A stretch of 64,000 nucleotides of DNA from Mobula birostris (Eukaryota). The position numbers and the translations under genes were made by a program. Below, in pieces: positions 25,811-38,450 of the stretch (the stretch's first letter is position 1; each line of letters opens with the position of its first letter). The notes under the pieces are model-generated. The model saw only the letters and a list, made by a program, of their open reading frames with translations, had not been told where the DNA came from and did not search any database. The stretch covers positions 96,974,865-97,038,864 of the forward strand of contig NC_092377.1 in assembly GCF_030028105.1 (NCBI RefSeq), read 5' to 3'.

Positions 25811-27374
25811 AGCGTAAAATACTTTGGGATTCTCCTTGATCCTGGTCATCAAAGACATTTCAAGGCCTCTCTTGTCCTACATAACTGCCTGCTTGAGCAC
25901 TTTACTGCTTCCTTTATATTCTACATGGGCTCAGTCTGATTTTAGTTTCCTTTATCTTATGTGTGTTTCCTTTATCATATGTGTGCTTCCTTTTTCTGCC
26001 TATATTCAGGACTTCTCAGGTCATCCAAATTTCCCTTACTTTACCATCCTTGTCCTTCCTACTTATCGTACATGCCACATGACTGACTGATCAGATACTT
26101 GCGTTACCTGCCTCCAAAGCCAATCCAGGAGCTCCAGCTCATGCAGGCCACAATATGGGGCCACTACTAAATTCACCAGATATTTTACATTAACTGTTTT
26201 CTCTACTGAATATAATGAATTTTCTAAGATTCCAGTTACCCATACCCTTGATGATACGTTCAAATATTTTTAAAATTTAAGTATATACAATATGAGGATA
26301 TAACTCATGAGCAGCAGTAGACCATTTGGCCCATTTAGTTTGCTCCACTATTCAACTAATCTGACTGTAGCTTCAATGTCACATTCTGCTCCAGTATCTT
26401 TCATTATCTTGCCTAGGCTAACTGATATTTAGTTCTTTATTTCTCTGTTTCATTCATTCTTACTTAGCAGTGATACTTCCCAATATACTGGGACTGTATC
26501 AGAACTTATGGAACTAGGGAAGATAATCACTAATGCACCTTCTGTCCACCACTTTGTTAAAAACATTGAAATTTTTTCAACTTTTAAACTCTAATTTCCC
26601 TTAGTGATATTAATGGCCTTGAGTTCCTGTAGGCCTGCTAAAACTACAATTTATTCACTAAAGGTTTGCAATACTTGAAATATATACAGCTATTTTTAAA
26701 ATTAAATTGTGATGCACTTTATGCATAATGTTGATGAGGTTAGTACATAAATCTTTAACTCATGCACTTAATTTACTTTCCCACTTTCATAGTGCAAAAT
26801 GAATCTATGTGGAAAGAATTATTGAGAAGCTCTGAAAGCCATTTCACAGAAATGTAAAGAACATCTTTCTAAGAAAAAACTGTCATCTTCAGCATCAGCA
26901 TGTGTCAAATGACCTGAGCACCAAACTTCCGACCAGATGATACAATTAATTTGCTTCAACTCACTTCAAATTCACTTTCTCAGCCAGTAAAATTCATCAG
27001 TTCCTCGGTCAGATTATTGGAAGGAAAGCTACACCAACTCCAATCATCCTTGCGATCATGCCTCCAGGGGTAATGAACAGTGATCAATGTTTGTTCATCA
27101 GATGTGAAGGGCGTCAGAAAATTAATTTTGCAGAAACAGTGACAAAGTCAACAATCATTCTGCTTGATGCAGAACTGCTGCCTAGTTTCAAAGGGACAAT
27201 TCTACAGTTGTCATCTGCAGTGGAACAGCTGACTTTATTTAAGAAATCACCTTCGGTGGACAGAGATTGGGACTCAGTTACAGTTATATTGTTTGCAAAC
27301 TATAAGAATGCCATATGCAAATTAATGTTTCAGTTTTACAGCTGCTTGGCAAAAAGATAATGACAGACTATGGA

Positions 27375-27422
27375 CACTTCCTAGTAATCAAATCTCAGCA
27401 CTTCCTAGCAATCAAATCTCAA
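27375..27422 (+). repeat. 24-bp tandem duplication
   Basis: cacttcctagtaatcaaatctcag followed by cacttcctagcaatcaaatctcaa. Confidence 0.9.
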
Positions 27423-28139
27423 AACCAATCTTTTTTTAAACTGGCAGGGATATAAAACAGAATGTTATCTTTTGACATTACAGCTAATTCCCTTAGATAT
27501 GGTAAAACTTAAAATGAAGTTACCAACAAACATAATCCTTTCAAATTTATATCCAATTTAAAACAAATACAATGTACAATTTATACAATGTGATACATCA
27601 GCAGCCATTCCAGTGATTCTGCAGCAAGGACACTGGCTCTGATTCAAAGATAGTCACCAACAGGATTCTGAATAATCCTATTTCATTGGTGTGTTTCTGA
27701 GTAGGAACATATTAATATGTCTCCAGTCTAACAATTACATTTGAGTACAGAAGGCTTTCACAACACCTCGACAAAACGACAACCATGTGCTACAGGTCAG
27801 AACTAAATTATTACAGATTAATTTGAAGAGTACAATATGTTATTCAGTAACAAGAATACAGCAACACAAACCACTGTAAGTAATGACACAAGGTAAAAAG
27901 ACAATGACATTCAAATATACTTTAAAAATATATATATGAACACTTCAAACATGATATTAAAAGCAGTAACAGCTTCAATAACTAAAAAGCAATGGTAGTC
28001 TCTAACAATGACCAGTGAGAAATTCAAATGTTTTTATTATGACATCAAAACCCATCATTTGATTTTCTTTAAACTGTAAATGCAACTCAGACCTCAATTT
28101 TGTCCTGCTACATTAGATCATATCTCAAGATTAGGAAAT

Positions 28140-28385
28140 GTCTGGCGGTGTGGCACATTAGCATAGCCTTTACCATACACTTTACATTGCCAATGACTGG
28201 GGTTCAATTCCCACTGCTCTCTGTAAGAAGCTTGTACATTCTCCTCATGACTATATGGGTTTTCTTCAGTGTTCCGGTTTCCTCTCATATTTCAAAGATA
28301 ATCAGGTTATAGGTGAATTGGTCACATGGGTTCACTGCGCTGGAAGGGCTTATTACCATGCTGTATCTCTAAATAATAATAAAAA
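28140..28385 (+). mobile_element. V-SINE/HE1-like SINE
   Basis: B-box ggttcaattcc; gcttgtacattctcctcatgact...gggttttc...gttccggtttcctc; A-rich tail. Confidence 0.7.
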
Positions 28386-29266
28386 ATGATGAAGTGTCAC
28401 ATCTCAAGAATGACACTTAGACAAGGACTGATTAACAACTAAAACACAACAGGCATTTTTGCTGAGATGAAATAGTTCACTACAGTGTTATTAATCATAA
28501 TTACATAAGACAAGGGTGAGAATTGATACATAACTCCACAATTCTACAGGCTACTTCTACTATATCAGATGTTTCTGCAATTATACAAACAGTCATTGAG
28601 AGGTCTCCTACAGTAATAACTATGATCCAAAACCAGCAAATTAGGTCATTTGTTGCTCTAAAATGCTCAAGATAGCTTGTATCTCACTTGTGATTAGGTA
28701 CACATGTCATATGACCTTTTTATGACCTTAATTGCATCTAAATTTACCCACTCACTTTACCAGGATCAGGAGTAGGGGATTTAACCTCTTAAACCCAATC
28801 AGCACTGCACCACGCCATGTCAAATTCATGATCTAAGATCTATACCCTTGTTTTACTACATAAAATAATTAGCCATCGTGATAGTTGACCTTCACTGGAC
28901 ATCTGTTCTGGATCACAAGTTACATCATCTCATGGTACTGCACATGAAACTATAATTGGATTTCTCACTGTTGGGAAAATGAACCCAACTCTCCAGTGAC
29001 AGGCGAGGGTATTTGTCTTTATATTAATGAGGTCTTTGTATGCTTCCTTTTCTAATAGCCCTACAGCCAGAGAGCACCCAAAAATATCGCCTTATTGTAG
29101 AATAACTGAACAAAAGCATAGAACAACTGATACTAATATTAAGAATTGTTTCCAATATTCACTCTTCACCATAGCACATGTAATACCTCCTGTTTGCAGA
29201 AGGCCAACCTCTGATAACTGAAAATCAGGACCAAGATGCAGTTAATTCATAAAGTGGAAGAAAAAG

Positions 29267-31185
29267 AAATCAGAATAAGAATCAGGTTTATTATCACCTG
29301 AACATGTCGTGAAGTTTGTTAACTTAGCAGCAGCAGTTCAATGCAATACATAATATGGAAGATAAATAAATAAATAAAGCAATTACAGTATATTGAATAG
29401 ATTTAGAAATCTATTTTTAAAACTGCAATAATATATAGTAAAAAAGTGTTCTATTTAGGAATCGGATGGCAGAAGGGAAGAAGCTGTTCCTGAATTGCTT
29501 TTCTGTACCTCCAATCTGATAGTAACAGTGAGAAAAGGGCATGCCCTGGGTGCTAGAGGTCCTAAATAATGGAAGCTGCCTTTCTAAGACACTGCTCCTT
29601 GAAGATGTCCTGGGAACTTTGTAGGCTAGCACCCAAGATGGAGCCGACTAAATTTACCACCCTCTGCAGCTTCTTTCGATCCTGTGCAGTCGGCCCCCAC
29701 CCCCATACCAGACAGTGATGCAGCCTGTCAGTATGCTCTCCACAGTACATCTATATAAGTTTTTGAGTGTATTTGTTGACATGCCAAATCTCTCCAAACT
29801 CCTAATAAAGTACAGCTGTTGTCTTGCCTTCTTTATAACTGCATTGATATGTTGAGACCAGGTTACGTCCTCAGAGATCTTGACACCCAGGAACTTGAAA
29901 CTGCTCACTCTCTCCACTTCTGATCCCTCGATGAGGATTGGTATGTGTTCCTTTGTCTTACCCTTCCTGAATTCCACAACCAGCTCTTTTGTCTTACTGA
30001 CGTTGAGTGCCAGGTTGTTGCTGCAACACCACTCCGCTAGTTGGCATATCTTGCTCCTGTACACCCTCTCGTCACCATCTGAGATTCTACCAACAATGGT
30101 TGTATCATCAGCAAATTTATAGGTGGTATTTGAACTATGCTTAGCCATACAGTCATGGGTATAGAGAGAGTAGAGCAGTGGGCTATGCACACACCCTTGA
30201 GGTGCACCAGTGTTGATTGTCAGTCAAGAGGAGATGTTATTACCAAACTGCACAGATTGTGGTCTTCCGGTTAGGAAGTCGAGGATCCAATTGCAGAGGG
30301 TGGTACAGAGGCCCAGGTTCTGTAACTTTTCAATCAGGATTGTAATGATGGTATACAGATAGATAGGATAGTTAAGAAAGCTTATAGAGTGTTAGTCGAG
30401 AGATAGAGTTTAAGAGTCGCGGGGTAATGATGCAGCTCTAGAAAACTCTAGTTAGGCCACACTTGGAATACTGTGTTCAGTTCTGGTCGCCTCACTATAG
30501 GAAGGATGTGGAAGCATTGGAAAGGGTACAGAGGAGATTTACCCGGATGCTGCCTGGTTTAGAGGGTATGCATTATGATCAGAGATTAAGGGAGCTAGGG
30601 CTCTACTCTTTGGAGAGGAGCAGGATGAAAGGAGACATGATAGAGGTATACAAGATATTAAGAGGAATAGATAGAGTGGACAGCCAGCGCCTCTTCCCCA
30701 ATACACCACTGCTCAATACAAGAGGACATGGCTTTAAGGTAAGGGATGGGAAGTTCAAGGGGGATATTACAGGAAGGTTTTTTACTCAGAGAGTGGTTGG
30801 TGCATGGAATACACTGCCTGAGTCAGTGGTGGAGGCAGATACACTAGTGAAATTTAAGAGACTACTAGGCAGCTATATGGAGGAATTTAAGGTGGGGGGT
30901 TCTATGGGAGGCAGGGTTTAAGGGTCAGCACAACATTGTGGGCCTAAGGGCCTGTACTGTGCTGTACTATTCTATGTATTAAATGCTGAACTATAGTCCA
31001 TAAACAGAATCTTGATGCAGGTGTTTCTGTTGTCCAGGTGGTCTGAAGCCGTGTGAAGAGCCATTGAGATTACATCTGCCATTGACCTATTGTGGTAATC
31101 GACAAATTTCAATGGGTCCAGGTCCTTGCTGATGTAGGAGTTTAGACTAGTCATGACCAACCTCTCAAAGCATTTCATCACCATC
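29267..31185 (-). mobile_element. Rex/Babar-type LINE 3' half with (ATTCTG)n-like tail, interrupted by a CR1 insertion
   Basis: VMKCFERLV...DYSSAFNT (30972-31190) continues as SPLLYSLYTHDC...KFADDTTIVG...LNVSKTKELVVEFRK...FKFLGV (29654-30190). Confidence 0.88.
30356..30975 (+). mobile_element. CR1-like LINE 3' end nested in the Rex/Babar copy
   Basis: LEYCVQFWSPHYRKDVEALERVQRRFTRMLPGL...LYSLERSRMKGDMIEVYKI...FFTQRVVGAWNTLP; tail gtactattctatgt. Confidence 0.9.
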
Positions 31186-32726
31186 TTCACCGGTTTAGTC
31201 CGAATCTAATAGACTATTTCAAGCAAAACACCTCCAGATCCAAGTAGTGTAGGGACCAGTTCAAATGGCACCAGAAGATTCGATGCTGTAGTCTGGCAAA
31301 GGAAACACTGCATTCAAGTGCATGAAACATCTACAACTTTCAAATGTAAGCATTTATTCCTGCTTACATATGAAACATTCATCTGTCCAATTTATTCTTG
31401 CACCAGCCAGGGTACATAATCTTTCATTAATTTTCCAAACACATAAGGATTGTAACCCATGGTTGTGTTTTTTGACATGCAGTCTCATTTTAAAGTAGGC
31501 GTGCGGACGAATTCACTTACGACCAGCACTTCCCTGTTTCAACATATCATCATCATTATGTGCCGTTTCATATCTTTGACCATGATTGCTCCTTGCATAT
31601 TTCACCATATACTACTTTAAAGAGAGACAATTTGACAAACTGACCTAAATAATTAGATTACTCACAAATGTTTCTGCTGATTACATAAAATAGAACACAA
31701 TTATTCTGAATCTTGAAAATCCACTTGACTACTTCCAAAAAATACAGCAATTTTTGGTGTATCAAAATGAATGAGATTTCTTATTTTTTTACTTCTGACA
31801 ACAAACATTTCAACTTAAAATGTGTTATCTTTATAAACCTTATCTATTTCAAACGTTTTTGTCAAGTTATTTCCTTTATTCTCAGCATTGTTCTGGGTCA
31901 GAAACAAGCACAGTAATAAAGGCTAATGATTTTATCCTTGAAATACCACAGAACAAGAGAACTGGCTGCAGATTGTCTTTAAAGGGCATTTAGACTGCTC
32001 CCAAGACAATACATTGGCAGATATCCAAAAGTGATTTGATCATTAACAAAATATTCTGAATAGTTAATTCAAATGGTTGGTACTTTTGACAGCTACTGCA
32101 CCTATATTATAATGCTTTTACAATGCTTTTCAAATATATAATTATTTCATGCAAATAGATCTTCGGAAAGATGATTTTATTTTCTTTAGATTGAAGGGCA
32201 GGTAGCATAATTAATTAAAACACTGCTCATTTTCAATTTTCAAGTCTGTTTTAAATTTTTCCCACCAGAAATTACGTTGAATATACTGCCAAGTTCTAGT
32301 GGTATACAATCAATTCAGCCAGGATAAATCCAAGTCCTCATAAACGTGCACACACAGAGGGAAGGAACAATTTCAAAAATGGAAATATTTATCTATCGCT
32401 ATTTTAACTCATTAGGGTTCTAATTAATAATGCATCTGGGAAATACAAAATAGTTTCATTTAAACTATTTCTGATCTAGACAGATGACTCCCTAACATTC
32501 TTCCCTAGAAATTCTATCATAAGCTAACAGATATGTCAAGTGAGAGGAACAGCAAGGCTTGAACAAATGATTTACTGGTTTACTACTGGAAATATCAGTT
32601 GTACCTGTGGCCCAAGGCCTCAACCAGAAGTGATATTTTTCAGCATCTCTATTGGTCAGGAGTGAAGCCTGGTTGATATTGGGAAAGAAATGAGGAAAGA
32701 AATGAAAGGCTACAGAAAGTAGTGGA

Positions 32727-34385
32727 AACGAGAGAAAATCTGCAGATGCTGGAAATCCAAGCAACACACACAAATTTCTGGAGGAACTCAGCAGGCCAGG
32801 CAGCATCTATGGCAGGGGTCCCCAACCATTTTTGTACCGTGGACCGGTTTATTACTGACGATATTCTTGCAGACTGGCCAACCCAGGTGGGGGGGGGGGG
32901 GGGGGGCGGGGGGGAGGTATGGTTGCCAACAGACAGGAGTAGCAGACAAATATGTTGTGTTTACCCCAAGAAGACTATCATGACCATGAAGCCTTGTGCA
33001 GGCACCAGTGCGCATGCGTGTATGTGCCAATTTTTTTCTACAAGTCGTTTTTTGGCGATTCTGTTTGGGGGGGGTGTTAATCACGACTGGAATATAGGTG
33101 ATAAGTGGCTAATACACCCAATTTCGTTTCTAAAAGGATTTATCTAACGGATTTAATATTAAACACACAGCGCATATTTTCCTCGCATGAATATAGTGAT
33201 AAGTCAATTATAAGTCACTTATAAGTCAATAGCATCATAACCTTTTAAGTAACGTTTGGATATTAAACACACAGCACATATTTTCCCCGTGTGAACATAT
33301 AAAATCATTACAACACACCAATATCGCTGAATCAGTGCGAGCTCTGGGCTTGTTTCCCTGCAACAAAACGGTGCCATCGAGGGGTGATGGGAGACAGCGA
33401 TACTCGAAGGGAGTTCCTTATATCCAGTCTATTCCGCAATTTAGTTTTCGTTGCATTCATTGCAGAGATATGTTGGAAATGGAAGCAACGTTTTCAGTGC
33501 TTTTATGGCTATCTCAGGATATTTAGCCTTGACTTTGATCCAGAATGCCGGCAGAGATGCTATGTCAAACATACTTTTCAGCCCGCCGTCATTTGCAAGC
33601 TCGAGGAGTTGATCTTCTTCCCGCGCTAACATGGATGACGCATGCGTAATGACCTCACGTGTGTTCAACCTCAAATGTGACCGTGACAGGGAATGAGGAA
33701 AGGTGCAGCTGACTCATATCGCCAAATCATATCGTTTCCTCACGGCCCGGTAGCACATGCTTTGCGGCCTGGTAGCTGGGGACCGCTGATCTACGGAAAA
33801 GAGTACAGTCGATATTTCGGGCCGAGACCCTTCATCAGGACTGGAGAAAAAAAAAGGGGAGGAGGAGAGAAACACAAGGTGATAGGTGAAGCCGGAAGGG
33901 AGAAGGGTAAACAGCTGGGAAGTTGAATGGTGAAAGAGATACAGGGCTGGAGAAGGGGGAATCTGATAAGAGAGGACAGAAGACCATGGAAGAAGGAAAA
34001 GGGGAGAGGAGCACCAGAGGGAGGTGATGGGCAGGCAAGGAGATAAGGTGAGAGAGGGAAAAGTGAATGGTGAGGGGGAGGGGGCCATATGTTCATGCCA
34101 CCAGATTGGAGGCTACCCAGACAAAATAGAAGGTATTGTTCCGCCAACCTGAGTGTGGCCTCATCGCGACAGTAGAGGAGGCCATGCATAGACATATCGG
34201 AATGGGAAGTGGAGTTAAAATGGATGACCAGTGAGAGATCCCGCTTTTATCTTGGAAGTTAGAACCCGACAAATTAAAACACTGATTGCTTACCCCTCTC
34301 TGTAGATGCTGTGTGATCTGCTGGGTTCCTTCACCATTTTGCATGTTACTCTGGATTTTCAGTATCTGCAGAATCTCTTGTGTTT
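32727..34385 (-). mobile_element. Older Penelope pLTR plus GIY-YIG tail with a short inverted end, split by a hAT insertion; hammerhead variant at 33807-33842
   Basis: MSMHGLLYCRDEATLRLAEQYLLFCLGSLQSGGMNI matches the PLE C-terminus; hammerhead reverse complement agtc CTGATGA a gggtctcggccc GAAA tatc gact. Confidence 0.85.
32813..33788 (-). mobile_element. hAT (Charlie/Buster-like) non-autonomous DNA transposon
   Basis: TIRs caggggtccccaacc and agctggggaccgctg; 8-bp TSD ATCTATGG (32805-32812) / ATCTACGG (33789-33796); dimerisation-domain piece SLPAFWIKVKAKYPEIAIKALKTLLPFPTYLC. Confidence 0.9.
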
Positions 34386-34399
34386 CCCTCATACTTAAT

Positions 34400-35750
34400 T
34401 CCTTTTGCCAATTTTCTGTCGAGACAATATCTTCCCAGGGCCTAAAACAATACATTTGAGGTGTTGCCCCAGTGACTACAAACCCTTCTACTGCCCTGCA
34501 CCTCTTCCTCACTGCCCTCCCACTGTACCACCCCTGTTCCCAAATGTACTCTTATTGGATTTACAACATATTGATAAAAAAAGAAGCCCACTTGAATGCA
34601 GTTTAGGAATTCTGTTTCCTGTATATCTTTTGCACTACATCATTATCAGTACTAAAATAATTGAAATCCCCTGCTATTACTGTCAAGTGGTTTTGCATGT
34701 GTCAGAAATTTTCTTACTAATTGTTTTTCTACCTTTTTTAAACCACTTGGCCATTTCCTGAATATTGCTAATACAGGTCGACCTTCACTAATCCAACTAC
34801 CTGTAATCCAGTTCCTTCAATAATCCGGCACTGATTATGCTTAATGTGATCCTTCTGTGATTCGGCATTTTCACTAATCCAGCACTCCTCAGGTCCCAAT
34901 GGTGCCGGATTAGTGAAGGTTGACCTGTAGTGTGATTCTCCTTGTTTTGTTCTTGAGTTCAACTAATATCAAATCTAATGTTGATCCTTCAAATATATAA
35001 CATCTTCTCAAAGATATGATTGTTTCTCCCTCAACTTTTATTCCCTACTGTCAAATCTGTAAATCCTATAACCAATAAGCTGCCACTCCTGCCCATCTTT
35101 AAATCATACATCAACAATAGGTAAAGTAACGTAATTGCATGAGCATATCAGCTTTAGAGACTGTATTCTCTGGGTTTTTTTTTTGGTCTATTTTCATCAC
35201 TTTATAACTACCGTATCTCTGTTATTACCTTCCATTTTCAGCATTGCTTTTGTCCCTTCTGTGTTTATAATCCAGTGCCCCTCCTGCCAAGCTGGACAAC
35301 TACAGCTCTTTTGACCTTTCTCCACCATCCCTGTACTTCTGAGTTGCTATCATTTCAGCTGTTGTTGACTCCTAAATTAAATCGTTATGCACATCACATT
35401 CTGGTTTAAGAGCATAATGCTTTCAGGGGTCTCAAACTATCTTCCTGTTCTTTTTTGTCTATCTTGGAGTAATTTGGTTCCCTCTGATGGTGCCATCTTA
35501 TTTTAAGGACTAATTGTCTCCTGAAACTTGATCTCTGTGAAACACGCAGTATTATAGACACATCGCAGTGACATCAGTTGTTGCTCAGGCTGCAAAGCCT
35601 TGAGTTCAAGCTTTTCCAGCTGATGAAAACTCCTGTACTTGTCGTCATCCAGGATACAGAAAGCATCCTGGAGTTCCCGCATAGTACATAGTTTGCATTC
35701 CTGGGTTCTGCAATACCCTTCCATGGCACTATTCATTATACCACTGAGCA
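34400..35750 (-). mobile_element. Highly decayed CR1-like 5' portion
   Basis: 35503-35736 peptide (C..C, LEKLELKALQPEQQL) resembles the CR1 ORF1 zinc-finger/zipper region and parallels 57500-57650; 34600-34760 parallels 56480-56600. Confidence 0.45.
34774..34927. mobile_element. 154-bp MITE of the Tc1/mariner-pogo (Tigger-like) superfamily
   Basis: TIRs caggtcgaccttcactaatcc and ggattagtgaaggttgacctg (1 mismatch in 21); TA on both sides (34772-34773, 34928-34929). Confidence 0.88.
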
Positions 35751-36777
35751 GAAAAAAAGGATTAGGGTTAATACTGATTTAAGAAAACTAATCACCTCTA
35801 AATTCAAGTACACTGTAAGTGTTAATAGTTTTGAGGATAAGATTAAACCTTAAGAGCTGGGTGACAAAGCAAACAAAAACAGTCTAAATAAATGAAGAAA
35901 CATTTTATTCCTTATATTACATATTTCTAGTATTAAAAATAGGTAAAACAGAAGCTCACCATGCTATTAAAATACGTGCCCTAAGAATTAAACTAGAATA
36001 TGGCTTGAAAAGGCTAAACTAAATTTTACTGAAATTGTTTTGTACAACTGCATGCTGGATTCTCTTGAGTCAACCACATAGCAAAACATAAACTGCATAA
36101 GCTTGTTATCAGCTTAATACTTCAGCAATCCTTCCATAGCATAATTTAGAAGAAAACATTTATCAAAGTGACCCTTTAGCCATGTTCAATTTAAGAAAAA
36201 CAGATATCAACTTGACAACCAAGAAAAGCTTACATCTCTAAAACACCTTTCAATACATCACACAGTTGTTTACTGCCAATAAAATAATCTTAAATGCAGC
36301 CAATGTTATAATGAACTAATTTTATGAAAAATGAGAACTCTTCTCTGCAAGATTCTTGCTGTTTCTAGCTCATGCATCAAATCCTTCTACTGCCAGAAAT
36401 GCACGCGTCTTTTCCCAACAGCGAGTTCCAGATCAGTCTGTTTCAATTCATCTCAAATACTGTAACTAAAAAAAAACTGAGACCAAGAACTGACTGAATA
36501 AATCAGTATAATTCATACAATGTAGAAGGTCTAGGTTCAATCTCAGGATTATACTTTGCTAATTACTCACGAAACAGCAGGAAGAATAATGAACAATTGA
36601 ACAGTGCCTTTTGTTAGGTAGGATGAAATGCATCCTTATTATTACAGATTATTCTATTGTGTTTTTTGTTGCTTGCTGGTGTGCAGATTTGAAGAACAAA
36701 ATCTGCTGCCCCTCACATAAATATAGTACTGATAGTTCTGTTAAATATATTAAACAATCAACATTTTACTGTTTAAG

Positions 36778-37042
36778 TTATTTTCTTACTTTTTATCTTG
36801 GAGATATAACACGGTAACAGGCCCCTCCAGACCATAAGTCTGCACTGTACAATTACAGCCATATCACCAATTAACCTACTATTCCGTACATCTTTGGAAT
36901 TTGGGAGGAAACTGGCGCACCTGGAGGAAACCCATGCAGTCACAGGAAGAATGCACAAATACCTTCTAGATAGCAGCAGGAACTGAACCCAGGATACTGG
37001 TGCAGTAATAGTGTTACACTAACTGTTATGCTACTGTGCCAT
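36778..37042 (-). mobile_element. V-SINE/HE1-like SINE
   Basis: gtacatctttggaatttgggaggaaactggcgcacctggaggaaacccatgcagtcacaggaagaatgcacaaa...gaactgaaccc. Confidence 0.72.
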
Positions 37043-37302
37043 CACCAAACTCTACAAACTACAATGGATGGGAATTCAACCCAGATCAACTGCTTGGGAA
37101 ACAGCACTGAACATCACTATATCACTGTCCCTCCAAACTGTATAAAAAAAAGTACTAATATCATGAGAAGGAGGTGGAAAAATAGTAAGACATACAAATA
37201 GGAGAATCACTTCTTTCCATTCCAGATATATCCAGGAATCACTTTGACATATCCGCTATCATCTTGAAAACAGTTCAAGTACAAACTAGACATTAAAATC
37301 TA

Positions 37303-37600
37303 TAACACGAGGAAATCTGCAGATGCTGGAAATTCAAGCAACACACATAAAAAAAGCTGGTGAACACAGCAGGCCAGGCAGCATCTATAGGAAGAGGTAC
37401 AGTCAACGTTTTGGGCCGAGACCCTTCATCAGGACTAACTGAAAGAAGAGATAGTAAGAGATTTGAAAGTGGAAGGGGGAGGGGGAGAACCGAAATGATA
37501 GGAGAAGACAGGAGGGGAAGAGATGGAGCCAAGAGCTGGAAAGTTAATTGGCAAAAGGGATATGAGGCTGGAGAAGGGAGAGGATCATGGGATGGGAGGA
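37303..37600 (-). mobile_element. Solo Penelope pLTR with a mutated hammerhead (37401-37436)
   Basis: Matches 20040-20270; hammerhead reverse complement ...ggccc AAAA cgtt gact (G12>A, C17>T). Confidence 0.88.
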
Positions 37601-38450
37601 ATTAGAAATAAATCTCTACTTCATTAGGAGTTTAAGGGGATTTGATACCAATGATAAATTGTACAAATTTTGTTACACAATGGATTTCAGTTGGGACACA
37701 TCAGAAATAGTACATTTTAGCCCAATTAGTGGTTGCTTCAATTAGCCAGGTTTCATGGAAATAGTTAAAAAGGTATAAAAAAGACAAACTGAGTAACAAA
37801 TTACGTTTTTAATTTTTTTTAATTAAGTGCAATCACGAACAATAGCCAGATCAGAAATGCTAATCAAGTCAACTAGTTCCAAAGAGAACTCTGATAGGCC
37901 AATCAGATGGTTCACTGCTGCTCAGCGATAGAACACAAAAAGATCATATGTACAATAAGAAACATTAAAAAATAGTAGAAATACGTAAGTCATGATGATC
38001 ATGATGAAGTCTGCTGGGGAGAGACATTTATACACTTGCTGTCCTCCATAATTCAAAGAGATTGAAGGATAAGGTTGCAGGGTGACAAATTGTGGCAGGA
38101 GTACTTGGAACTAAAAACTAATCCCTACCGGGAGAAAACAGCACCTGTTCTTTCCACACTGTTCTCCAGCAAGTGCAGAAGTACAGAACAAATTAGAACA
38201 CTACCAATACTAACTACAGTACTATAAAACTGTATCAGTTCCTAATATTTATAGATAGAAGAATTAGAAACATAGAAAACCTACAGCACAATACAGGCCC
38301 TTTGGCCCACAAAGCTGTGCTGAACTTGTCCTTACCAGAGAAATTACCTAGGGTTACCCATAGCCCTCTATTTTTCTGAGCTCCATGTACCTATGCAGGA
38401 GTCTCTGATAAGGTCCTTTTGTATCTGCCTCCAACACCATCGCCGGCAGC

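Noticed and set aside
31521-31611. Minus-strand candidate exon ending in a strong GTAAGT donor
   Set aside because: Much of it (catcatcattatgtgccg...gaccatgattg) looks like a retroposon tail; no recognisable peptide or partner exons.
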